Source of the DNA: Bugula neritina
Taxonomy: Eukaryota > Animalia > Bryozoa
DNA: 64,000 nucleotides
Assembly (NCBI GenBank): GCA_964035545.1
Contig: OZ037766.1
Span: 6,314,722 to 6,378,721, forward strand
Direction of reading: 5' to 3'
The position numbers were made by a program, and so were the translations under genes. This document shows, piece after piece, positions 51,743 to 64,000 of this stretch (position 1 is its first letter; every line of letters begins with the position of its first letter). The notes beneath the pieces are model-generated. The model had not been told where the DNA came from. It saw only the letters and a program-made list of their open reading frames with translations, and did not search any database.

Positions 51743-51955
51743 AACTCACACAAGTTAATAGTCTCTATCCATGTGAGAAACCCCTGATGGAAAAGGTTTT
51801 TGGTAAAGGGGGCTAAGGACTTATTTAAATGAGGCACAAGAGCAATTATAACTGGATGCTCTTCCTAACATCACCAATGGCCTTTGTCCAGGCTCAAACC
51901 CATGATCTCTTGTTTACTAGGCAAACACTCTAACCCCTGGACCTCGGCTGCTCCC
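51743..51955 (-). mobile_element. tRNA-derived SINE-like element (duplicate of 26843-27055)
   Basis: Near-identical sequence and flanks to the copy downstream of gene C. Confidence 0.55.
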
Positions 51956-53388
51956 TGGTTTATGATTGTTATGCTGCATGCTTTATAATTACCTATGGAG
52001 TATGCAGATATTATTCAACGGCCATTTGGTTTTAAACCAACTCTTTTTCTCTTTTTTTTCTTTCATATAAAAAACACCGCACAAAATCATGCATATCCTC
52101 AGATTTCTGACTTCCACAAATAAAAAGCTATCTTTCGATTAGTAGATGCCCGAGTAAATGAAGAATATAAATTCTTCTGCTTCTAGTGTAGCCTTCTTCA
52201 AACAATCTTAACTCTTGCTTACCAAGAGAGCTGTACAAGAAGCATGTTAATATTGTATTATAGAGTAATGCCATAAGAATTTGCATTCATTGTCGCTGGT
52301 ATTTGAGCATTGAGGTCACCTATAATATGAAGCAACTCTATTCTTTTGATCTGCTGGTAGACCAATTCCTGGCTTATGTAATCTACATGTAAAAACACTT
52401 TCTAGTAGTTGTCATGGTAACATGACATAATACTTTCTTTCTGCAGATTGATCATACGTTATACTTTGTTCTACTTTGTTAAACCTTGAAACAATTTTAT
52501 CTTGTTTCTGTTAGTATTTTAATTTTTTTATCAAATTAATAAAGATTAGTCATTAGTCTATATTGCAGCATCTATAAACAAATGGAGAGCTTCAGTAAGA
52601 TACTTTACTAATTTTATTAGAGCAAAGTGTCCAGGCTAATGAAGTGTCAAAAAGCTTTTGCCTAATGACTTGTTGCCTGATGTTTTAAGGGACAGACAAA
52701 ATGTCTGCACAAAACTTCCAATGGTGATTTTCCCACAAATAATTAACTCTGTGTGGATATAGCAGAAACAGTTGTTCTCGAGCCTAAATCAAGCAGACTG
52801 ATATGTTTTCTGTTTGTCTTCAAACACACGCAACTATAAATTTATAAAAATATATTAATAAAAACAGAATTGCTGTTCTCTCTATTGTAAATTGATATAT
52901 TGTACCACCACAGCTCTCTATAATATTATACTGAAGTTCAGAATAGAGTAAAGCCTTGAATCATTGTTGTGAAACTAATAATTTTTCAAAATAAAATCTC
53001 TAGCATATAGCTGGTACGAGACTGCTGTTTGTGTATGTATTTCAGGACAAACATGGAAACTAATACCACCATATAATCTATTATCTCATCCACAAAAGTA
53101 GGAATGCGCACCTTAACAAACATTTTTACAAGTACTAGTATCATACCTGTTTTGTGTTGCAACGCATTACACTATGTATATTGTATTATATTGTATATTG
53201 TATTTTTTGGCTGGTACTTTAATTTCTTCTGTTGCAGAGACTATATGAGCTATACAACCTTATGTTGATCTGTTTTAAGACTCTTGAGGATTTTTTAAAT
53301 TATAACCCCTAGACTATTATCTCTATATAAAGACTGAAGATTTGTCCCTATCAGTCTGTGATAATATCTAGAAAAAATGCCCCTACAA

Positions 53389-53943
53389 CATAAAAAGGGG
53401 TTGGCCAATTTTCGAGGGGCATCATGAAATTTTAAATATGTAATTATTTAAGTAATTTAAGTTTAATATTCAAAATATTTTCTAGACATATTGCACCTCT
53501 GTGAAACTATCTTGCAAAAATATTGAGTAAAAGGGCAACTTTTCAAAACGGGGGAGATAACTCCAATTTTGACTTGTTTTAACTTTCAAAGCTGTGACAA
53601 AAGTTTTGTTGGTCAGAATGAACTAGAGGTTGGTGGGAATTATAAGGACACTATAGAGTGTCTGCATACCACAAATTAACATTCTAGATGCTATAAGAAA
53701 AAGTGGCGGCTTAGAGAATATCAGGTATATTCGAAAAAGCAATGCATCATGCCATAGGCTCCACCCATGCGCACCTATCAAGATTTAGTACTAATTTTTT
53801 GGAAGATAATTTCATAGATGTGCAACATTTTTAGAAAATACTTTGAATATTAAGCTTAAATTACTCAAATAATTACATACTTCAAATTTCATGATGCGTC
53901 CCAATGAAAATTGGCCAAACACTGTATATCCACCCCTTTTATG
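53389..53943. mobile_element. Foldback/MITE-like element upstream of gene F (duplicate of 28476-29029)
   Basis: Same long inverted repeats and flanks. Confidence 0.7.
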
Positions 53944-54310
53944 CAAGAACCTCACCAGATACAAAAAAGTTACTTGCATGTTTGAAATCAGTAGAATGTT
54001 GGCGTCACAGTTATATTTAGCAATAAAAGTTAGTGTTGGAATGCTCGACCCACCCATTTTTGCATGTTGGCACCCCCTTCTATCTTATGTAGAGCTGCAA
54101 TGAACCAAACTACAAGGCTATAAGGCTAGCATCACTGATGACACACTTCAGTGGTTACCATGGTTATATGAGATATTTTGTCTTCAATAATACAATTGGC
54201 TGTCTAATAGATATTTACTACATGAAATAATCACTACAAGGCATTAGTAGTTTTCAGTCAACATTAATATAAGTTTGCTCAAGGTGAGAAAAAGTAGAGT
54301 CAAAATTATC

Positions 54311-54716
54311 ATGTCAAGGACTAAGTTGAAGAGCTTTGCAGCTACAGTAGTACTTTTAGCTACTCTTATCAACAATATATTAGCACAGGATTATTTAGCT
54401 AAGGTAATTTTAGAAAACTTCATGAAATTCAATGGAATACCAACAAAGATTCCTCTTGGATTATTATCAGAATCTAAAGATATTGAGAACATAGAACTCG
54501 TGAATGGGACATGTTTTCAATATGGGGTGCACTCTTTCAACAGATGTAAGTACTATTCGGATTGCTGCCTTATGATTTCAGCTAAACCCATGGAGCAGTT
54601 GGCTTACAACACATTTTCATGTCATGATAACTTCTACATAGTAGACAAATGTCCCCAGGAAACTCCAAATAAAGAACTAAAGTCTTTATGTGAAGGTTTC
54701 AGCCCCACAGAGTCTG
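54311..54716 (+). CDS. Gene F exon 1
   Basis: atcATGtca; donor TCT G|gtaagc. Confidence 0.88.
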
Positions 54717-57700
54717 GTAAGCTTCTCATAGCTTACTAGCTATGCTATGTTACAACTAGACTACTAGCTCCTTGTCTCCTAATTATAAATGTAAGATTTA
54801 GCAAATGTGGCTTTGACATCATGAGGGTTTGCTAGTTTGTGCTGCAGCTTAATAGTAATGTGCAATTAAAAGTATTCATTGGCATGAGCTGCTGTTTTCT
54901 TTTGCCTCAGCCTTATAAATTTCTGAGTCAAAAGAAGAAGAGTAGTCCATATGTACTTTAAAAACTGTAATGCAAGTTTAGCAGAAACAACATACTACAC
55001 AATATTCATATTTACCATCTTACCAGCTACACAGTTGTATATTATACCATTATTTGTAGATCTATCACTGAAACGTTGGCCAGTACGAGGTCTAGTGAAT
55101 CATCTCACATATAAGAATGTCTTCTGTGCCATGTGTAATGGTATTGATCCTCAGGCTAGTGTGCGATTTTCGGACCAGATATGGTTTGGTGATCCGAATA
55201 AGATAAATGATAGTGTGAGTACCATCGAGTGGTGGCCAGCAAAGGTAGAGTGCAGTGCTGAGGCTATTGAAGAATATCTCTCTTCAGATACTGACCACAG
55301 AAGCCTAATAACTCTAGTAAAAGAGTGAGTATTAAAGAACTAAGGTTAATAAATCTCACTGCTTGAACAGATATCAACTCCATTATGAATTCATTTGCAT
55401 TTCTAGCTTTTTATCTCGCCACTTCTCCTCTGTCCTCTCCTGCCCTCTTTCTCGCCTTCTCTTCTCTCTCTCCCCCCCCTTTCTCCCTCCACTCCTCCTC
55501 TTTCTCTTGTTGTTTCAAGTTTAGTTTGGATAGCAGGTTGGAACTGTCGCAGGAGCATAGCTTCTTTTGCAAAAAAGTAATTTCCTAGAAGATGTATGTA
55601 TTTTGACATTCATCTGATTCAGCACTATGCATGGACATCCCATTGAGCAGAAATCCCATGATCATGATCATTAATGGTCATGGATTGAATTTGACATAAA
55701 CTTCTTTTCTTAAGCTATGAATTATTTTATTTAACCAGAATGTGGGTAAGCTTGTAGTGGGTTCAAGCTAGATCTATAAGGTATATAAAAGGCTGTTTCA
55801 TAAAAATCTATGATGGTGATGCTGCATAACCTGTGATGAGTTTTAACAGCCATGCATATTATGCTAGTATTCAGCTTCCCTGAAGAACTATATAATATTC
55901 AATTTTCTCACACTTCTCTCAGTGTTTGCCAGTGGTGAATAGCTTCTATAGTCTTTGAAATAGGCTTATTTGTTGAATTCAGAGATAGCATTGACCGAAT
56001 AATAGCGTTACAGCGCTCTAAAAGTCATAAAATATGGTATGCGTGACTCCATACCTGTAGATTTTACACCCTACTGTCATAGAAATTAAGAGACAATGCC
56101 AGCAGCTCTGCTAATGTAGTGCTATCAATGCCTGAGCACTGCGGTTTCAGCTTTCAAGAATGTAAATAACTTTTACATTTATCATGGAAATGATATGATC
56201 ATAACCTATTAGAGCACAATCAATATAAATAAAGCTGTTAACACTTTTTGAGTTTTATAGTACAGCTATTATAAAATTTAAAGTGTTGTTTAAAAAAAAT
56301 ATCATCTTCTTTATTCTGTAGATTCTGCAAGACATTATACTTACCCCCAGAGTCTCCAGATCTGTGTTGGGACGCTATGAGGAAGTGCCCTAACAACTCC
56401 AACAGAGAGTTAAAGACACTTTGTGAGAAAGGACCTGTCAACTATATCAACATCACAAGTTTAAACTTAGTATATCGAAACCAGTTCTGTGCCTTGTGTC
56501 ATGGTGTAGATCTTCTACTGGTGGACATTGACTTACCCCAACTGCCAAAGTGGAATGCCTTAACATTGGAATTGTTTTGGGACAAAAAAAACAATAAACT
56601 TAGAATAAATCAAGATCTGTCATCACCAGACGACTCAAAGACATTAATGTTTGCAAGACCAACTATGTTCAACTTGACAGACTTTTCTAATAACTTTACA
56701 AATTTCAAAGTTGATGAGGATTTTGAGTGCTCTTTTTTTGCAGATCAAACAGCAAGTTATTGCAATGAGCGTGTAACACAGCTAAGCAGTTTTTCTGGAA
56801 CTAATACCACCACTGTGCCAGTGTGGAACTTGGGCTCCATGGCATGTTTTAGCAATGTGAGGAAAATATGTGACCGGTTTCTCATACCACAAGTTGTGAG
56901 TGATGACTCTTGTACGGAATCAGGGTGTGGATTTGGACATGTTTTTGACCCTGACACTTTGCAGTGCTATAATCTGAACACTTATGGCTCCGTCAACAAC
57001 ATAGTGACAGACAACAGTGACTTGCACTGGCACTCACACTCAGTATGCGCCTACCAAAGTCAATGCAAAGCTGTAGAGTTGGGAATAAAGAAAGAGCACG
57101 AGTTGAATTGTTATTGTGATAAATACTGTATTTACTATAATGATTGCTGTGAAGATTCACCGTACCAACCTACCAAACAGACAGTCCTAGAAGATGGAAC
57201 ATTTTCCTGTGTGTATGACAGATCTGAGTTAAAAAGTGGTGCAGATGCTGAGGGCTATTCATGGGGGATAATGCAAGTGGAAGCTTGTCCAAAATCGTAT
57301 AACAACAGTGAAATAAAATATCTATGTGAAAACCCTCTTAAATACAAAAAGTTAAGTTATCAAAATATCCCGGTCTCTTCTCTGGATACTGGAATAAGGT
57401 AATCAGGTACTGTATAATAGAATATACTATAAAATAAGCGCTAATAGAAAAATTAATAAATTTTATTAGCACAATTAGATAAACTAAAAGTTTTGAGCTG
57501 GTTACTAATTTACTGAAGTCAGATTTTACAATGCACAGATAACTAGGTTTTCATGCAGTGTACACTGGATAACGGTAATTTGGTTTTTCATTATAAAATA
57601 TACAATAAAGTGAGAGCTTAATAAAAAAATTATCAGCACATTTTGATGAACTAAATATTTCGAGTTAGTTAATTATTTTACTGAACACAACACATACAGA

Positions 57701-60700
57701 ACTATAGGTTTCTGCGTAGTGTTCTCACATGCTGATTAATGAGCATATAGCAGGGAGGAAAATATGGATAAAGAAATGAATAACACTATCTCAATATAAG
57801 GTCAAATATTATATTTAAGAGCATCGATAAAGAGTGTATGACAGTAAATTAGAGTAGTACGAGAGCTTTTATGATGTTATGAAGAAGAATAATGGTTGGA
57901 GTGTAAGAGATTAAACAGTGAGTGAATTTGTGGCAATTCGGCACTGCATATATACTGTATCAAAATCAGTAGAATATAATTAGCAACAAGATGTTTTCAT
58001 AAGATATTTTATGCTTTTTGTAAAAGTTTATTGAATAAATGAGTCACCGTCACAAAGACTTACTCATAAACCAGCTAGCTTAAATTACAGTGAATAAAAT
58101 CAGTGAACTATGACTCACTTGTTGTACCTATCAAATGTCACTATAGGTTTAAATTTTTTTATAATATTTACAGATACTCCAACTTATACTGTGCAATATG
58201 CAATGATGTCAAAGAAGTGCGTTATTGGAGGGTAGATGTTGGTTGTCTTAATGTGGCTAATGACAAGTGCAATTATGCTCCAGAATCAGTCAGCCAAGAA
58301 ATACTTTTTCTTTCTAATATATTATTCCGGAAGAATCCAACCGCAATAGAACTAAGATACAGCGAGTGAGCTATTTTTAGATTAACGTGATGAGTATAAT
58401 ATAATTTAGTTTATTCATATTGACTCCAAAACATGTATAAGTAGTATAGTGAAAGTGTCTCTGGTCTATCAGGTACTGTGATTCTCCTACAACTACCTTT
58501 GACTAACTTTATAGTATGTAATAGCTGTTCTGACCGATTAACGTAATTCAGTAGAAATTTGTTGAATACTCTTGGGCTTTCCTTACTATTTATCACTATA
58601 TTTTGAGTCAACGAAGTGCGTATGTGAGCTGCTAAAATAGCTTAAAGTAAATGCAGGTAAATGGCTTGTCCGAGCCTGCTAACTGTACAGAAGCTCGGGA
58701 GTATGTAGTTCTTTGCTAAGCTCGAGTTTACAATTTTCTGTTTAGGTTTTATTTCATAGACTGACAATGATATGGATATTTACTAATAACATTGTGCAAT
58801 TCTGCAGGTAACTCAGCTAATTTTAGGTCACAAGGCATGATACAGCTGCTTTATTTGTCATTCAGACTTGAATGACATAAGAATTAAGAAATTAATGTAG
58901 TTATAAGTCACAAACAGTACTCTGTGGAATTTTAAACTCATTTAAAAACTGCTCATACTCATGCAAATGCAGAAGTTGAACAAGTTGAGCAAATGACACA
59001 ATAATTATAGTTTCTAATAAAATTTATTGAATCTGCTGTAAAAAGGGTTATGAAAAAGATGGTACTTTTGCAAGGCATGAACTACCCTGCATAAAGCTGT
59101 GACGTCATCACAACCATTAAAAAAATTGAGCTATTTGCTGTTTAGCTGTGTAATCAAGCTTTTCTGTCACTCCTTGCATATTTTTTTGTAATAGATAAGT
59201 TTAATTTTAGAAGAATCAAGTTTCAGACAGGTGCTGCTTTTTGTCTTTTTCAGCAGCCAACTTAGACTAGAACACTTTTTGTCTATTAGTAATGTCAGTC
59301 CATAATGCAACTATACCTGTGTATAGAAACAATTAGACTTGATGAAAATATAGACCAATAAGCTACTTTAAATGCATTCTTTGTGGTTGAATGTGCTTGT
59401 TGAAAATAGTTGTGAATAATTATTGCTCTGTGACACAAAACTAAATGTTCTTCTTCATCTATGATTGCAGATGCGAGATAAAGCAATATTTACCTCCATT
59501 AGAGCTGATAGATTCAGTACGAAGATGCAAATTTGATGCAGCAAACTATGTAGCTTCATGTCCTAAACACGCTGAATATTGGAAAATAGCTGACATGTGT
59601 TTGAATGGCCCCGCCTCCTTTGTATATGATGGGGGATTCTTGAGGAGTCTAGTAAAGAAATCTTATTCTTATCCAACCAAAAGCATTCGCACTAGTTATG
59701 GAGCAGATATTTTGAGTTATGGTCAAGATAATAAATATAGGAACAGCTACTGTGCTAGTTGTAATGGCGTTGCCTGGCTTGGATGTGATGCAAAACCAAA
59801 TGATATTGTTACTGGAACATCAGAATATGCATTTGATAGATGGTTAAGGTACAAGAAGGATGTGGTGAAGTTTTTGTTTATTTATGAAATAGATTTGAAT
59901 GAGCGAACATGTAACATGAATTCGGATGCTGTGCTGCTATACAGTGATTTCAACACAACTCAAGACACTTGTTTAAGCATAAGTCACCACCTTAAACAGT
60001 GTAACTGTTCCAACATACTAGACTTGGATTCAGAAACCTGCATCCCAACACCGTTTGTAAATGAGAAGTGTAGAGAGAACAGATATGAACCAGAAACATT
60101 CAAAGTTACAAACCACGGAATAAACCACTGTGGAAAAGGCTTTGAATACTTACCTTTGTCTACTCAGATTGCAGTTGGTAAATGTCTTCAGTGTTCCATA
60201 AATGTAACAGGTGATGATTGTCAGAATGAGTTTGAGCAGTTCACTGGTAGTCCTGATGTAGCTGTAAACTCTGTAAACAGTGTGCATTGTGCTCTAACTA
60301 ATTTGATTAGATGTAATGTACCTGATATAGAAGATTCCTATTGTGCAGTAGATTTAAAAGAGTCTGGCTTATCTTCTGGCAGTACTGGTAATGCGATAAC
60401 TCCTAAGATTTCTCTGCTTAATTCCTTAGCAATTTCGTACGAACCGACTAAATTTAACTTTCAAGTTCAGCTAGAAAAGTCCACTTCACTTGGCGTGGAA
60501 CTTCTGTTTTCAACGTTTAATAATGACAGTTTAAACAGTCAGTGCGTGGAATACTCACTAACAAGTAACCAAACTAGTTGGCAAATCTGTAAAAATGGTG
60601 AGTTACAGAGAACCTCTGATCAAACTCATTACTATGACTACTTATTGTGGAACGATGAGATACGAGTCTGCACCGAAACTGCTGTACCGGAATTTGTTCT

Positions 60701-61526
60701 CGCAACTCATGACTACGTCTTTTCTTCTTTATCTATTCTGTTCATTTTGATCTACGTTGTTTATTATTTTACAAAGTTAAAAAAGACAGTGACAGGGAAC
60801 TTTGTAGTCAGTTCTATGATTACACTGATGTTTGGATTAGTGTTTTACTGTCTCATCAATGAGACGAAATCTTTCATATCTTGTCAAATCATTGCTTCTT
60901 ATACACAATACTTCCTTATTGCTGTACACACCTGGACAAATGCTGTTGGAATTTTAATGATAAAAGGCCTTTCCTCTTTCAAACTTGCCAGTCAATCTAG
61001 TTGGAAAAAGTATGCCTATTATGCTGCATATGCCTGGCTCACTCCACTCATATTTGTAATAATTGCCTACTCTCTTGATGCAGCTAAACCTCACAGTCTA
61101 TATCCAGTGTTTTCTGATCAAATTTGCTTTATTGCTCGTGGATGGATAAGACTATTAGTTTTCACTGGACCCATATATTTATTAGTGGTGGTAAACATTA
61201 CCATGTGCATTATAGCAAGTGTCATTGTAGTAAGGTCAGGAAACAAAATAGCAGTTGATGATAAGCAAAGAACTCTGAAGAAAGTGATTACAATTGTTAA
61301 ACTCCAAGTAATTTTTGGATTTCACTGGTTTATTCTACTCTTTACTGAAATCAAAGGTCCTCACCAGACTGGCTTATGGATTGCTCTCAATGTGTTTATG
61401 ACATTACAAGGAGTACTAGCAGTGTTAGCCCAGTTAGTTACTACTGCAAATATTACGAAAGCTAGAACATGGTTTAATTCAAAAGTGAGACATCCTAGCC
61501 CTAAGTGCCTCAAACAAAACTGCTGA
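54311..61526 (+). CDS. Gene F: intact SMB/cysteine-module class-B-like GPCR, ~1331 aa
   Basis: Exons 54311-54716, 55060-55324, 56322-57398, 58174-58365, 59471-61526 = 3996 nt, in frame, GT-AG introns. Confidence 0.92.
55060..55324 (+). CDS. Gene F exon 2
   Basis: tttgtag|AT CTA ... AAA GA|gtgagt. Confidence 0.9.
56322..57398 (+). CDS. Gene F exon 3
   Basis: ctgtag|A TTC TGC ... ATA AG|gtaatc. Confidence 0.9.
58174..58365 (+). CDS. Gene F exon 4
   Basis: ttacag|A TAC TCC ... AGC GA|gtgagc. Confidence 0.9.
59471..61526 (+). CDS. Gene F exon 5 (module 4, stalk, 7TM)
   Basis: ttgcag|A TGC GAG; ORF track 59445..61526. Confidence 0.92.
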
Positions 61527-62701
61527 AACTGATTTTCACTATTTAACAGATATTTTGTTTGAGCAAATATTTTTTAAAACATGTATTACTGTACCGCTTT
61601 GTATACAATGAAAAATGTTCTACAATGAGTGCTCAATTTTATTTGACCTTTGGTCATTGCGATTTTATGCATGTTCATATAGCAAGAATCTGTTTGAAGT
61701 ATTAAAAACTATTTAATATTATATTGTATGTTGTTTGCATATAACAAAATAGCAATAGAATTATGATCCAGTGGCTATGCTGTAATATTTATTTTTATAT
61801 ATTAGTGAGTACCTCAATGTTGCCTCTGCTTTACTTTTGCAGCTTTCTAAACTATTTTACAAAGTTACAGTTTATAAATACATGTAGATGTACCAGTTAC
61901 TACCACATTATTAGCTAATAGGTTCTTAGATTTTATCATCTGCTAGATTTCATATTGTACTACATTTTTTTTGGGTGAGTTAATGTGATGATTTAGTGAC
62001 CTCAGTGATGATAATAAATTGGCAAAATATTATGTGAAATACTCTATATAGCTAGACATGTTGGCAAAGCATTCAAAAATTCGGATCTATATGCAACAAG
62101 TTGTCCATACAGACTATAGCATAAAATGTTATAGGCTTTGTCATTTTTTTGAAGCATGGAAAGTATTTCTTTGCAGTATGCTGGTATCATAGTGTGCCTC
62201 TCTAGCATGCACACTGATTACAATAATAACTTATATGTATGCACATTGTTACTTTATTATCTTGTACAATATTTTGCCAAAGTACTATATTCTTCATACA
62301 CACACACACACGCACACACTTTTTCTCTTTTTTTCACATAAAAATCACTGCACAAAATCATGCATATCCTTAGATTGTAAACTTTGTGACTCCACAAATA
62401 AAACGCTGTCTGTCAGTAGATGCCCGAGTAAATGAAGAATATAAATTCTTCTGCTTCTAGTGTAGCCTTCTCCAAACAATCTTGCTTACCAAGAGAGCTG
62501 TGCAAGAAGCATGTTATTATTGTATTATAGAGTAATGCCATAAAAATTTGCATTCATTGTCACTGGTATTTGAGCATTGAGGTCACCTATAATATGAAGC
62601 AACTCTATTCTTTTGACCTGCTGGTAGACCAATTCCTGGCTTATTGTAATCTACATGTAAAAACACTTTCTAGTAGTTGTCATGGTAACATGAAATTATA
62701 C

Positions 62702-63088
62702 TGTTGTGAAACTGCATTCAGTAATTATTTGGGTATTTAAAGTAATGCAACACTGCCAAGTTAAAGTAGATTATTATGCGTTTATTTAGTTCACAGGATA
62801 CAAAAGTAAAACTATACAACAACTACAAAAACACGTTACATAATTGCAGACAGAGCGTACACAAACCAACTATAACTAATCCACTGCCCGACTGCCGGCT
62901 ACCCAAGGGTGGTAGCTGTCAGCTCTAATTACTAAGTCCCTCCCATAGTCCATAGCGTACGTTAGTCGCGTAGTAGGCAGATACCGTCAGGCCGAGTAGA
63001 TGATGGACGCTACGCATTATAATAACACAGTAGGAGCAGGAGAGTTATTCTTTCAATAATAAGATAACTCCGTACACAAACCCTTACA
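62702..63088 (-). mobile_element. Solo LTR (387 bp), probably Gypsy-type
   Basis: TG...CA termini; 4-bp TSD ATAC; empty site attATACtttctttctgcag at ~27510; minus-strand AATAAA near 62781. Confidence 0.8.
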
Positions 63089-64000
63089 ATACTTTCTTTC
63101 TGCAGATTGATCATACATTATACTTTGTTCTACTTTGTTAAACCTTGAAACATGCAATTATCTTGTTTTTGCTAGTATTTCAAACTTTTTATTAAACTAA
63201 TGAAGATTAGTCTTTAGTCTGTATTGCAGCATCTATAAACAAATGGAGAGCTTCAGTAAGATACTTTACTAATTTTGTTGGCACAAAGTTCCCAAGTTTC
63301 CAGGCTAATTAAGTTCAAAAAATGACTTGATGCCTGATGGTTTAAGGGACAGACAAAATATCTGCGCAAAACTTCCGATGATGATGTTCCCACAAATTGA
63401 TTAACTTTGCGTAGCTGCTGCAGAAACCGTTGATCTCGAGCCTAAATAAAGCAGACTGATATGCTTTCTGTTTGTCTTCAAACGCACACAACTGCATTTA
63501 TAAAACAATATATTAATAAAAACAGAATTGCACCGGCTCACTATATAATTGTACCAACACAGCTCTATAATATACCAATATTCAGAGTATTAAAGCCTGG
63601 TGTTGTTGCTGTAAAACAGTTCACTTTTTCAGCATACACTCTCTAGCTTATAGCTGGTAAGAGGCTGCCGTTTGTGTATTTCAGGACAAGACATGGAAAC
63701 TAATACCAGCATATAATCTATTATCTCATCCACCAAAGAAGGAATGACCGATGTATTGTATTAGCTGTGACATCATACCTGTTGGTGTGTTGCAACATAT
63801 TTCACTATGTATATATAGTACTAAGAGTTGGCGAACCTTACAAATATGTTTTGGCTGGTACATTAGCTTCTTCTGCTGCAGTGGCCATGAGCTATACAAC
63901 ATTATGTTCTGTTTTAGGACTTTTTAAGGATGCTTTTCTTCTTAAAATTTTAAAACCCTTAAGGGCTAAAGCCCTAAACTTTCATCTCTATGAAGTCTGA

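Overview
AT-rich eukaryotic (invertebrate metazoan) DNA, not prokaryotic. The window is almost entirely a tandem array of six paralogous five-exon genes (labelled A-F here), each encoding a ~1330-1340 aa cysteine-rich receptor. The layout is: signal peptide, two somatomedin-B-like (SMB) motifs, four 'Y[KRS]Nx[FY]CAxC[NH]' modules, a glycosylated stalk and a class-B (secretin/Methuselah/adhesion-like, 7tm_2-type) 7TM domain with no recognisable GPS motif. Gene A is on the minus strand, head-to-head with B, and runs off the left edge; B-F are on the plus strand. B, C and F have intact spliced frames with GT-AG introns. D carries a nonsense codon (Q26*) and looks like an F/B chimera from unequal crossing-over. 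E is hit twice by apparently identical 1716-bp pogo-like transposons. RFX X-box-like motifs lie upstream of every copy. Introns and spacers contain hAT- and PIF/Harbinger-type MITEs, tRNA-derived SINEs, a solo LTR, microsatellites and a Penelope-type minimal hammerhead ribozyme in the sense strand of gene A intron 4. The right end of the window is the upstream region of a probable seventh copy. Exon coordinates were derived by eye from splice signals and frame continuity; no database searches were run.
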